A stretch of DNA of 64,000 nucleotides from Armatimonadota bacterium. Its GTDB lineage: Bacteria; Armatimonadota; Fimbriimonadia; Fimbriimonadales; GBS-DC. The stretch spans positions 39,550 through 103,549 of the forward strand of contig JBBIML010000015.1 of assembly GCA_037444405.1 (NCBI GenBank), in the 5' to 3' direction. Position 1 is the first letter of the stretch. Each line of letters starts with the position of its first letter. Below the pieces are notes generated by a model. The model searched no databases, was not told the DNA's origin, and saw only the letters and a list, made by a program, of their open reading frames with translations. Positions 49,446-57,883 of the stretch are shown piece by piece. A program made the translations under genes and the position numbers.

Positions 49446-50744
49446 TTAGATCACGGGCACGGGTCGGAACGCCTTGCCCAGCACCTTTTCGGGGTCGCCG
49501 CCGAGCCACTCCAGCACGGTGGCGTACACGCTGCGGAAGTCGGTCTGCATGCGGATGTCGCCGTTATTGTCCAGCTCGCGCAGGTTGGGCGGCTCGCCAT
49601 ACAGCCCGCCTTTGACCTGCTTGCCGATGAGGAACATGGGAGCGGCGGCGCCGTGGTCGGTGCCCGCACTGCCGTTCTCGCGCACGCGCCGTCCGAACTC
49701 CGAGAAGACCATCAGCAGCACCTTATCCGCCTTGCCCTGCCCTTCCAGGTCCTGATAGAAGGCGCGCACGGCGTTGCCGAACCGCTGGAGCAGCTGCTCG
49801 TGCGTGCGTGCCTGCGCCGCGTGCGTGTCGAAGCCGTTCACCGACACATAGAGGATGCGCGTTTGTGGCGAGGTGGTAATCAGCTGGGCTGCCTGCTTGA
49901 GACCCTGTCCGAACGGGTCGTTCGGATACTCCACCTGCGAGCGGTAGTTGTGCACGGCTTCACGCAGTCGCTCGACGGCTTCCAGCGCGGTGCGCGTCGA
50001 TTCGCGGATAAGGCGTGTGGCACTGGTGGGTCTGGCGTCCATCTGGGCAATCGCTTTCACGGTGCGCTCCAGATCGGGATCGCCCGTCATCAGCTGCAGG
50101 TCGCCCAGGCTGGCAAAGCATGGCACGGACACCCGCTTCGCCTGCAGCGCCAGCGGCAGCTCCTGGGTGAAGCTGACGGCAATCACAGGGTTGGCAGCGG
50201 CATCGGTGAGAGTGTCCAGGTAGCGTCCGAGCCAGCCGTAGCGACTGTAGCCATCGGGATCGGCGGTCTGCCAGATCTCCATCGAGCGAAAGTGTGAGCG
50301 GTTCGGGTTCGGATAGCCCACACCCTGCAGGATGGCGACCACGCGCTGTTCATAGAGCGCTTTGAGACCTTCCAGCGCGGGGTGCAGCCCGATGCGATCG
50401 GCAAGTGGCAGCACGCGCGAATCGGGGATTGCGAGCGTCGGGCGCGCCTGATAATAGAGCGGGTCGGTGTAGGGGATGACGGTGTTCAACCCGTCGTTGC
50501 CGCCTGTAAGTTGCAGCACGACGAGGATGCGGTCGTTGGGCAGCTTTTTGCCCTTCACCAGCTGGGCGGCATCGGCGCGGGCGAGCTGCGCCAGCCAAGG
50601 TGGGGCAGCCAGCCCAACGGCGACCAGCGTGAAGCCCGCGCGCAGAAACTGCCGGCGCGACATCTCCGCCGCCCAGAAGTCGCCCGATGGGCGCTCGCAC
50701 AGCGGGCACGGCTCCTCTAAAGGCTGATCCACTTTTGTCTCCAT
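49446..50744 (-). CDS. DUF1501-domain protein (Tat substrate)
   Basis: SRRQFL Tat motif; L.GGNDGLN, NRSHF, GW.GR, FDTH, SEFGR...N...GTDHG and DFRSVYA motifs. Confidence 0.9.
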   Translation of the reverse strand: METKVDQPLEEPCPLCERPSGDFWAAEMSRRQFLRAGFTLVAVGLAAPPWLAQLARADAAQLVKGKKLPNDRILVVLQLTGGNDGLNTVIPYTDPLYYQARPTLAIPDSRVLPLADRIGLHPALEGLKALYEQRVVAILQGVGYPNPNRSHFRSMEIWQTADPDGYSRYGWLGRYLDTLTDAAANPVIAVSFTQELPLALQAKRVSVPCFASLGDLQLMTGDPDLERTVKAIAQMDARPTSATRLIRESTRTALEAVERLREAVHNYRSQVEYPNDPFGQGLKQAAQLITTSPQTRILYVSVNGFDTHAAQARTHEQLLQRFGNAVRAFYQDLEGQGKADKVLLMVFSEFGRRVRENGSAGTDHGAAAPMFLIGKQVKGGLYGEPPNLRELDNNGDIRMQTDFRSVYATVLEWLGGDPEKVLGKAFRPVPVI

Positions 50745-50832
50745 CGGTCTCACCTGCCACAATAGGGAGGCGCGCTTACTGGCGCGCCGCCAGTATGGCT
50801 TTTAGACGCCTGATTACTGGCTCGGTTCGATT

Positions 50833-51039
50833 CTAACGCCCGCCGACGCCTGGCAGCGGGGGTGGAGCCTGCTGCAGCTCGCTATCGGGCAGACGCATCT
50901 CGCCCTTCACTTCAGGATAGGCGTCGCGCGATATCTGCCCGGAGGCACGACCTCCTCCAGAGAAGTACCACGCCGTGCCGATTGCCAGCAGAGCCACCAC
51001 GATAATAATCGCCCAGGCAACTGGTTTGGGAATTTCCAT
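50833..51039 (-). CDS. Small single-TM protein
   Basis: GAGG RBS and one hydrophobic helix, directly downstream of the prepilin-like gene. Confidence 0.6.
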   Translation of the reverse strand: MEIPKPVAWAIIIVVALLAIGTAWYFSGGGRASGQISRDAYPEVKGEMRLPDSELQQAPPPLPGVGGR

Positions 51040-51049
51040 CGGAGCCTCC

Positions 51050-52018
51050 TCAATAGTAATCGTCCAGGTCCCACAGGTATTGCTGGGGATTGGTGATAGC
51101 CCCGCGGCACATCGACATCAGCTCGCAGCCCTGAGCCAGCTGGCGAGGCGTGTACACTTTGGCATGCCCGTCGACAAAGGCGACCATCATCCGCTCGGAG
51201 CGATGCCACGGCCAGCAGCCGCCAAACTCCATCCAGGTGTACCAGCCGCGCGCGTTCTCCAGCATCCAGCAAGCGGGGAGCGGATTGCTGCAGCCCTGTC
51301 CGCGATACTGATACCATCCCCGCGCACGCCCACTGCTGCACTCCTCGCGAACTATCGTGAAGGTGTCGATGCGGTTGCCGGCGGCGTCGTACCACCAGCG
51401 GCAGGGCGGCATCACAATCCAGTTGCCACCGCACTGGGGCTGGCGTGAGTTCGGATCGCGCCACCAGAGGCTGTCAACAAATAAAACGGTGCTGGCAGGA
51501 TTTTTGATGCGAGCATCCGATGCGGGCACATTCGCCCAGCCGTTCGAGCTGGGATAGCTGCCATTCATGATGGGCGACAGATAGACATAGTTGTAGCCGA
51601 GGTCGGTTTTGAGCGCCCAGCGATGTTCGCGCGCGCACTGGCGCTGCGGACGCGGTTCGCCATCGTAGGGGCAGGCATCCAGAATCTCATCCGTTGCCTG
51701 CGGATCCGATGGGCAACGAAACACGGTCCAGTCCTTGACATACGGCATCAGCAACTGCGCCAGGATCCGATCCCGACACTCCGCCTCTTCGGGATCCCCG
51801 GCGAACGAAGCGAACCACTGGGTCAGCGGTTGCATGGTCTCGTAGTCACCCGAGTACGCCACAACCGCGCGAGCGACCTGATAGAAGCGACTGCCACAGT
51901 TAATCTGGCGTGCTGCTTCCCGCGCCTGCGCAAACACAGGAAACAGGATCGCCGCCAGAATTGCGATGATCGCGATAACAACCAGCAGCTCTATTAAGGT
52001 AAACCCTGTCCGTCGCAT
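51050..52018 (-). CDS. Prepilin-type N-terminal cleavage/methylation protein with H-X9-DG motif (DUF1559-like)
   Basis: [37 protein letters not shown] and H....[11 protein letters not shown]. Confidence 0.92.
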   Translation of the reverse strand: MRRTGFTLIELLVVIAIIAILAAILFPVFAQAREAARQINCGSRFYQVARAVVAYSGDYETMQPLTQWFASFAGDPEEAECRDRILAQLLMPYVKDWTVFRCPSDPQATDEILDACPYDGEPRPQRQCAREHRWALKTDLGYNYVYLSPIMNGSYPSSNGWANVPASDARIKNPASTVLFVDSLWWRDPNSRQPQCGGNWIVMPPCRWWYDAAGNRIDTFTIVREECSSGRARGWYQYRGQGCSNPLPACWMLENARGWYTWMEFGGCWPWHRSERMMVAFVDGHAKVYTPRQLAQGCELMSMCRGAITNPQQYLWDLDDYY

Positions 52019-52088
52019 ATGAGTTTCTCCTTACCGATATTATACTACAGGGAAGAGATTTTGCCTGCTATTGGAGCGAGGTAGTCAG

Positions 52089-52868
52089 CTATCCGAACCG
52101 CCCGCGAATGTAGTCTTCGGTCTCGCGCTTATCGGGCACGGTGAAGATTTTCTCGGTGGTGTTGAACTCGTGCAGAACGCCGTTCAGGAAGAAGCCTGTG
52201 TAGTCGGAGATTCGCGCCGCCTGCTGCATGCCGTGCGTAACAATCACAATCGTGTATTCCGATTTGAGTTCAGTCAGCAGCTCTTCGATATAGAAGGTGG
52301 CGGTCGGGTCCAGCGCGGAGGTCGGCTCATCCATCAAAATCACTTCGGGATTGACCGCCAGCACGCGGGCGATGCAGAGTCGCTGCTGCTGTCCGCCCGA
52401 AAGCGCCAGCCCCGACTGGCGCAGCTTATCCTTGACCTCGTTCCACAGTGCAGCACGCTTGAGGCTCTGCTCCACAATCTCGTCCAGCACGCGCCGATCG
52501 CGAATGCCATGCATGCGCGGACCGTAGGCGACATTATCGTAGATGCTCATCGGGAATGGGTTCGGCTTCTGGAACACCATTCCCACCCGCTTGCGCAACT
52601 CCACCACATCCACATCAGGATCATAGATGTTCTTGCCGTCGAGAATCACCTCGCCCGTCACCCGCGCCCCTTCAATTAAATCGTTCATGCGGTTCAGACA
52701 GCGCAGGAAGGTGCTTTTGCCACAACCAGAGGGGCCAATCAAAGCGGTGATGCTGTTCGTTTTGATTTCGATATCCACATTTTTGAGCGCGTGGAAGTCG
52801 CCATAATAGACATTTAGTCCGCGCGTGAGGATGCGCGCGGGCGGCTCCGTTCGTCCCTCCTGCTCCAT
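52089..52868 (-). CDS. pstB: Phosphate ABC transporter ATP-binding protein
   Basis: [54 protein letters not shown] and TEDYI.GRFG motifs. Confidence 0.96.
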   Translation of the reverse strand: MEQEGRTEPPARILTRGLNVYYGDFHALKNVDIEIKTNSITALIGPSGCGKSTFLRCLNRMNDLIEGARVTGEVILDGKNIYDPDVDVVELRKRVGMVFQKPNPFPMSIYDNVAYGPRMHGIRDRRVLDEIVEQSLKRAALWNEVKDKLRQSGLALSGGQQQRLCIARVLAVNPEVILMDEPTSALDPTATFYIEELLTELKSEYTIVIVTHGMQQAARISDYTGFFLNGVLHEFNTTEKIFTVPDKRETEDYIRGRFG

Positions 52869-52923
52869 CGGCAACAGCTCCACACCAAACCGCTCCGCCA
52901 TCCCAGAGAAAAATACCCGATTC

Positions 52924-52944
52924 GATGTTAAGGGGATGTTAAGG
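52924..52944 (-). promoter_or_regulatory. Pho-box-like direct repeat
   Basis: CCTTAACATC twice with 11-bp period on the minus strand, upstream of pstB. Confidence 0.65.
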
Positions 52945-53005
52945 AGCGGCGATTGCGTCGTCGAATCCCGCCCGACTGGTGTATAATAGGTCGGAGGTAG
53001 AACCG

Positions 53006-54679
53006 ATGCGAAAGGGAATCGCAATCTGGCTTTTACTGGTCTGTTGCTGGCAGGCATTTGCCGATGAGTTAGGGGCAGGGCGATTATTCCCGCAACGCCT
53101 GCCGTTCGCCCTTAGCGGGCAGAGTCGCGAGTCGCGCTACGCGCCGGGGCAGCTGCTGGTGAAGTTCCGCGACGATGTGCCGCCGATTCAGCGGGCGTGG
53201 GTGCGTCAAGCGGCTGGCGCGCGCGTATTAAGCACCAACGACTGGCTGGGCATCGAGCTCTGGCAGGTCAGCCCTCTTGCCGATGTGCCCGCGCTGTGCG
53301 CTCAGCTGCTCCGGTCGGGCTGGGTGGCAATTGCCGACCCGAACTGGGAACTGCAGTTAGCTGACTGGACACCGAACGATCCGCTCTACCCGCAGCAACC
53401 TGCACTGCCCCATATCGGCTGTCCGCAGGCATGGGGCTACTGGCGCGGCAGCAGCCAGTTCATTGTTGCCCCACTGGACACAGGAGTGTTGCGCACGCAT
53501 CCCGACCTGCAGGCGAAGCTCCTTCCTGGCTACGACTTCGGCAACGACGATAACGACCCCAGCGACCCGCATGGGCACGGCACTTTCGTGGCGGGCATCG
53601 CGGGCGCGGTGACCAATAATGGCATCGGTGTTGCCTGCATCGCGCCCGAAGGCAGGGTGCTACCCGTAAAGGTGTTCACCGATGCGGGACAGGGCTTCTT
53701 GAGCGACCTTCTGGACGGCATCAGCTACGCCGTCACGCAGGGCGCGCATGTGATTAATCTGAGCCTGGGAAGTAGCTCGCCGATGTCCAGCGTGCAGACG
53801 GCGCTGAACAACGCCTGGAGCGCAGGCGTTGTGATTGTCGCAGCGGCGGGCAACAATAACAACACGAACCCCTTCTATCCCGCCTACTACCCAGTCTGCA
53901 TCGCCGTCGCCGCGAGCAATCTGGACGACACGAGATCGAGCGTCTCCACCTATGGCAGCTGGGTCGATGTCGCGGCGCCCAGCGGGGATGTCTACTCCAC
54001 CCTCAATAACGGTGGCTATGGTCGCAACACAAACGGCTATACCTCTTATGCTGCGCCGATGGTTGCAGCGCAGGCGCTGCTGCTCTATCCGCTGGTTGCC
54101 GACGGACCCTCGGACCGCAGTCAGGCGCGGGCGCAGGCGGTGCGCACCCTGATCGAGTCGACCGCTGTACCCGTGCCAGGCAACTATGTGGCGTACGGGC
54201 GTATCAGTGTCTCGAACGCCGTTCAGCAGGCGTTGACCGTGCCCATTAGCGGGCGCATCACGATTAATGGCTTCGCCGGCTCCTACAACGGTCGCCCTGT
54301 GGAGGTCAACCTGCGTCCGCTCAACAGCAGCACCGTGCTGGCAACCGCGAACACGACCGCCAATAGCACGGGCGACTACAGCGTGAGCTTCTTCAACTAT
54401 CTGGGCTATTACGATCTGGCTATCCGCGCGCAGGGCACCCTGCTGAAGCGAGCCGCCAACCAGCGGGTGCGCTATCCAGGGCTGACAAATGTGAATGTGA
54501 CTCTGGTGCCAGGCGATATAAACGGCGATAATGCGATTGATGATGCCGACCTGTTGCAGGTGCTGTTCGCGTTCGGGCAGAGCGGCACGAACCTGCCCGC
54601 CGATCTGGATGGGAACGGCGTCGTGGATGACGCCGATCTGCTGCTGGTGCTGTTCAACTTCGGTCAGACAGGCGAATGA
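53006..54679 (+). CDS. S8 (subtilisin/thermitase-like) serine protease with C-terminal dockerin-like tandem
   Basis: Signal and propeptide, LDTGV (Asp), HGT.VAG (His), AAAGN, TSYAAP (Ser), and two DDADLL repeats. Confidence 0.92.
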   Translation: MRKGIAIWLLLVCCWQAFADELGAGRLFPQRLPFALSGQSRESRYAPGQLLVKFRDDVPPIQRAWVRQAAGARVLSTNDWLGIELWQVSPLADVPALCAQLLRSGWVAIADPNWELQLADWTPNDPLYPQQPALPHIGCPQAWGYWRGSSQFIVAPLDTGVLRTHPDLQAKLLPGYDFGNDDNDPSDPHGHGTFVAGIAGAVTNNGIGVACIAPEGRVLPVKVFTDAGQGFLSDLLDGISYAVTQGAHVINLSLGSSSPMSSVQTALNNAWSAGVVIVAAAGNNNNTNPFYPAYYPVCIAVAASNLDDTRSSVSTYGSWVDVAAPSGDVYSTLNNGGYGRNTNGYTSYAAPMVAAQALLLYPLVADGPSDRSQARAQAVRTLIESTAVPVPGNYVAYGRISVSNAVQQALTVPISGRITINGFAGSYNGRPVEVNLRPLNSSTVLATANTTANSTGDYSVSFFNYLGYYDLAIRAQGTLLKRAANQRVRYPGLTNVNVTLVPGDINGDNAIDDADLLQVLFAFGQSGTNLPADLDGNGVVDDADLLLVLFNFGQTGE

Positions 54680-55071
54680 AGCGAAGCACACTGGGGCGAT
54701 GGGGCGAGCAGGCGGCGGCGGAATGGCTTCAGCAACAAGGCTACTGCCTGCTCGCCCGCAACTGGCGCCGTCGCGAAGGCGAGCTGGATCTCGTCGCGAT
54801 GCAGGGCGCAACGCTGGTGTTTGTGGAGGTGAAGACCCGCCGCTCCGATACTCTTGGCAGCCCTGAAGAGAGCGTTGACGAGCGCAAGCAGCGTCAGCTG
54901 ACCCGCCTTGCCCAGCGTTTTCTGGGTGAGAACCCGACCCTGCCCTATGAGGAGTGCCGCTTTGATGTGGTGGTGGTCGATCTCCGCGCCCACCGCCCCC
55001 AGATTCGCCACTATCCCGATGCCTTTTTGCCGTGGGATCCACATCCACTATCGCGAAGTGACAAGGTATAA
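54676..55071 (+). CDS. YraN/UPF0102 family putative endonuclease
   Basis: G..GE..A...L...GY.....NWR...GELDLV......VFVEVKTR and RFDVV motifs. Confidence 0.93.
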   Translation: MKRSTLGRWGEQAAAEWLQQQGYCLLARNWRRREGELDLVAMQGATLVFVEVKTRRSDTLGSPEESVDERKQRQLTRLAQRFLGENPTLPYEECRFDVVVVDLRAHRPQIRHYPDAFLPWDPHPLSRSDKV

Positions 55072-55087
55072 TTCTTCAGCGACAGGG

Positions 55088-55714
55088 ATGCGCGACAAAG
55101 AAAGAGTGCGTTTGGCACAGGGAGAGGATCTTGGGATGGTGAAGGCAATGGCGGACGCGAACCGCCACGCGCTTGGTTTCGTGCGAAACGCAATGCTAAA
55201 AGAATGGCAGCATCGTGGCGAGCTGCTTGTCTGCGAAGAGGAAGTGGGTTCCATCACAGGATTCATCAGCTACCACCATCGTCGCGATGGCTGGACAACT
55301 ATTCATGCAGTGTGCGTGGCAGAACCGTTTCGCAAGCGTGGGCAAGGAAGCGCGTTGATCGCAGCCGTTGTTCAGCAAGCCCAATTGCGTGGGCAGCAAG
55401 GCATTCGGCTCAAATGCCCTGTCGATGTACCAGCAAACGGTTTCTATGCACGGCTGGGCTTTGTTCGCGCACGGATGGAGACGGGCAAGCGACGCCCTCT
55501 GGTTGTTTGGGAGAAGCGCTTAACCCCTAAAGTTTCATCGGGATGCCCGCTTTTTTTCCTCAGCCTTACACACTCGCCAAGCGAGATACGCCGCTTGATT
55601 CATCTCTGGGATGAGAGCGGGGATGGACGAGATCCGTTCGCAAGGGTGATCTTTACTCCTTTGTTTTCCAGTTCATCGACACTGACCCTCATGCGTCAGC
55701 TCAAGGAGGAGTGA
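55088..55714 (+). CDS. GNAT acetyltransferase domain plus start of a TGT-like barrel (N-terminal part of an interrupted fusion)
   Basis: V....RKRGQGSALI (acetyl-CoA motif A) and AN.FY.RLGF (motif B). Ends at TGA 55712-55714, after which the same frame stays open. Confidence 0.8.
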   Translation: MRDKERVRLAQGEDLGMVKAMADANRHALGFVRNAMLKEWQHRGELLVCEEEVGSITGFISYHHRRDGWTTIHAVCVAEPFRKRGQGSALIAAVVQQAQLRGQQGIRLKCPVDVPANGFYARLGFVRARMETGKRRPLVVWEKRLTPKVSSGCPLFFLSLTHSPSEIRRLIHLWDESGDGRDPFARVIFTPLFSSSSTLTLMRQLKEE

Positions 55715-56509
55715 GGCAGTGTCATTCTGTTTGACTCAGGGGGTTACCAAGTTCAGATGGGTAAGATCGGTTATGAGCAGCTATTTGAGCAGTTGCAACG
55801 GTTTTACCATGTCCATAACTGGGCAGACTGGTATGTGCTTCCTGATCATGTGCCATGTTCGTTGGATACCGATAGTGAGGTGGAGTTCAAGGTGCGTGAA
55901 ACCATCGATTTCGCCCGCCTTTTTGTACGGCAGATGCCGGCGGGATTGATTGAGAGAGCAATTGGGGTTGTGCATGGGCGCACGGAAGAGCAAGTTTACC
56001 GATGCGTGGAGGCTTATCGAGAGATGGGCATTCGCTATCTGGGCTTTGGCAGCTTCAGCACTTCTGGGCCGAAGGGAAGCATTAATCTGCTCTCACAGCG
56101 CAACCTTCAACTGCTGCAACGGACACAACAGCTGACGCGGGAGCAAGGCTTAAAACTGCATCTCTTTGGTGTTGGCAGCCCGGGCTCCCTCGTTCGCCTT
56201 GCCCGTGCAGGGATCACCCCCACCAGCTTTGATAGCGCGAGCTGGTGGAAAGCGGGCGGCTTTGGAAATATCTTTTTCCCCTTTAGCAAGCAGATTCATA
56301 TCACGGCAATGCCGCACTCAGAAGCAACGCTGACAGGCGCGGAGCGCCAAAGGAACGGACATCGGTGCGCTTTTTGCACCGATCTACGACTTTTGCGTCG
56401 AAACCGTCTTCGGCGTGTACTGCACAACTTAGCGGTCATGCTGGACTCAGTGGAGCGGGCACCATGGGCAACAGTGGACGATGGGTCTTTCACATTCAAC
56501 AGAATTTGA
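55715..56509 (+). CDS. tRNA-guanine transglycosylase-like / DpdA-like domain (C-terminal part of the interrupted fusion; first ATG at 55757)
   Basis: GSVILFDSGGYQ (upstream of the ATG, same frame), PDH.P, IGVVHG, LGFG, LHLFG.G, SFDS.SW and C..C...LHN follow the TGT-superfamily motif order. Confidence 0.8.
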   Translation, partial: GSVILFDSGGYQVQMGKIGYEQLFEQLQRFYHVHNWADWYVLPDHVPCSLDTDSEVEFKVRETIDFARLFVRQMPAGLIERAIGVVHGRTEEQVYRCVEAYREMGIRYLGFGSFSTSGPKGSINLLSQRNLQLLQRTQQLTREQGLKLHLFGVGSPGSLVRLARAGITPTSFDSASWWKAGGFGNIFFPFSKQIHITAMPHSEATLTGAERQRNGHRCAFCTDLRLLRRNRLRRVLHNLAVMLDSVERAPWATVDDGSFTFNRI

Positions 56510-57318
56510 CAGCTGCACGTTTGCAGGTGGTTTTGACCGAGGTGGTGAAACCACAACCCGATGTCGGTACTATCGCCGCTGACAGCGGGTTGTCCATCAG
56601 CGTGCTTGAGAAAACGGTGTTCCCGTTCATGCGTCAGGCAGGTTTGCTGGACTCGCACGGTTTGGCTCCGACCGAACTGGGTAGACGCCTTCATCAACTG
56701 GCAGCTCAACACTCGCCTGCATTACTCGCCGAAGCGATGCATCACTGGCTTTACATTGCTCATCACCTCAATCCAACAAAGCGGTTTTCGTGGGCATACG
56801 CGCAAGTCATAAACGCGCTCTGGAGGCGAGGGGAGTTCCGTCTGGACAGCACTGCGATTGCCCAGCTGGTAGGGATGGTGGTGGAGGAAGCCCACCGCAC
56901 ATTTGGTGTCCCCCTGGAGCAGATTGCTTTCAGCCGGGACAGTGTACGCGGGGTGTTGAATTGGCTTCAGGCGATGGATCCGTCGCCTATTCTTCATCAG
57001 GATAGATTAGCCATTTTTCGCCGTCGATACTTCTGCCATCCACCAGTGTTTTTGTGGGCAGTAGATTTTCTGTATCAAATTAATAACACTGCTTATGGTG
57101 TGCGCCTGTTTCTAACCCCAGAGCGAATTGACCAGCTCTGCCAGCTGTGTGTGTTAGAACCGCATGGCTTAGAAAATGTGCTTCAGGCGTGCCAACGATT
57201 CAGCGATGGCTTTCAGCGCGGTCTGTTTGAATGCGGCACGCAAGGTGGTTTCGGACGATGGATCTCTCTGGCTGTTCCTTATTCAGCGCCCAGTCCTCTC
57301 CCCAGCATGGGGGTATAA
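56464..57318 (+). CDS. Hypothetical protein, possibly winged-helix DNA-binding (BrxA-like position)
   Basis: GGAG RBS before ATG 56464; overlaps the TGT-like gene end; AGLL.....PTELG..L resembles a wHTH wing. Family not recognised. Confidence 0.6.
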   Translation: MGNSGRWVFHIQQNLTAARLQVVLTEVVKPQPDVGTIAADSGLSISVLEKTVFPFMRQAGLLDSHGLAPTELGRRLHQLAAQHSPALLAEAMHHWLYIAHHLNPTKRFSWAYAQVINALWRRGEFRLDSTAIAQLVGMVVEEAHRTFGVPLEQIAFSRDSVRGVLNWLQAMDPSPILHQDRLAIFRRRYFCHPPVFLWAVDFLYQINNTAYGVRLFLTPERIDQLCQLCVLEPHGLENVLQACQRFSDGFQRGLFECGTQGGFGRWISLAVPYSAPSPLPSMGV

Positions 57319-57348
57319 TACTGCACCGTGCCCATTGGGAGACAAGCC

Positions 57349-57575
57349 ATGAATCGGTTTGTGGATATTCTTAATTGTATTCGCCAGCATGCAAGTGTTG
57401 ATTGGCTCACACCCAGTCAACGAAAAGCTTATCATCAGCTGCAAGACTGACGCTAACTGAGGTGGATATTGAGCAGGTGAAGACGAATTTGCGGCAGGTG
57501 GGTGTAGCGCTGTATAATAATGACTCACCACGCCATCTGTGGGACATTGTGAGTCCGATGAGTCTGGATGGCTGA
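57349..57575 (+). pseudogene. Disrupted small gene (frameshift or internal deletion)
   Basis: GGGAG RBS then MNRFVDILNCIRQHASVDWLTPSQRKAYHQLQD* (57349-57450). Another frame reads LTLTEVDIEQVKTNLRQVG...PRHLWDIVSPMSLDG*, whose stop overlaps the next ATG (ATGGCTGA). Confidence 0.55.
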
Positions 57576-57883
57576 GGAGACTGCAACGATGCCGAGCCTG
57601 TGGGATCGATTGGAAACACTGCGGGCAATTGTGGATACTGCACGGGCTGATGATTTAGAGCAACAGCCCGAAGCAGTGCGTACGCGCTATGAACCCTACG
57701 CTGAGACTTACTTCGTTACCGAGGAGGTCAGACACCTCGAGCAGCGGCTCATCAGTGAAGTGCGGGCAGGGCGATCGGTAACTGGCTACCTGTCAGCCGA
57801 TTTCGGCTACGGGAAGACAGCCACTGCGGTCTACCTTTGGAAGCGATGCATGGATAATGAAATTGCCGCCGTACCCCCCTTTT
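57568..57883 (+). CDS. N-terminal Walker A segment of the large ATPase (frameshifted; ORF track runs on to 58131)
   Basis: GYLSADFGYGKT Walker A; joins the downstream ORF as ...AAVPPFLFRQLK if one base is removed from C6T4 at 57874-57883. Confidence 0.75.

Noticed and set aside
54676..55071. YraN nuclease as the effector of the defence island
   Set aside because: Host-like GC, coupled to the S8 protease gene, a widespread family, and the island has its own TATAAT downstream.
54908..55087. N-terminal extension of the GNAT ORF
   Set aside because: Overlaps YraN; the promoter-like TATAAT at 55067 supports ATG 55088.
55712..55760. Selenocysteine recoding of the in-frame TGA
   Set aside because: The position is a linker-like site (KEE*GS), not a Cys-equivalent catalytic site, and only a weak 4-bp stem follows, not a convincing SECIS.
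55757..56509. Housekeeping queuine tRNA-ribosyltransferase (tgt)
   Set aside because: Highly divergent, lacks the typical N-terminal TP.FMPVGT motif, is fused to a GNAT and sits in a defence-like operon.
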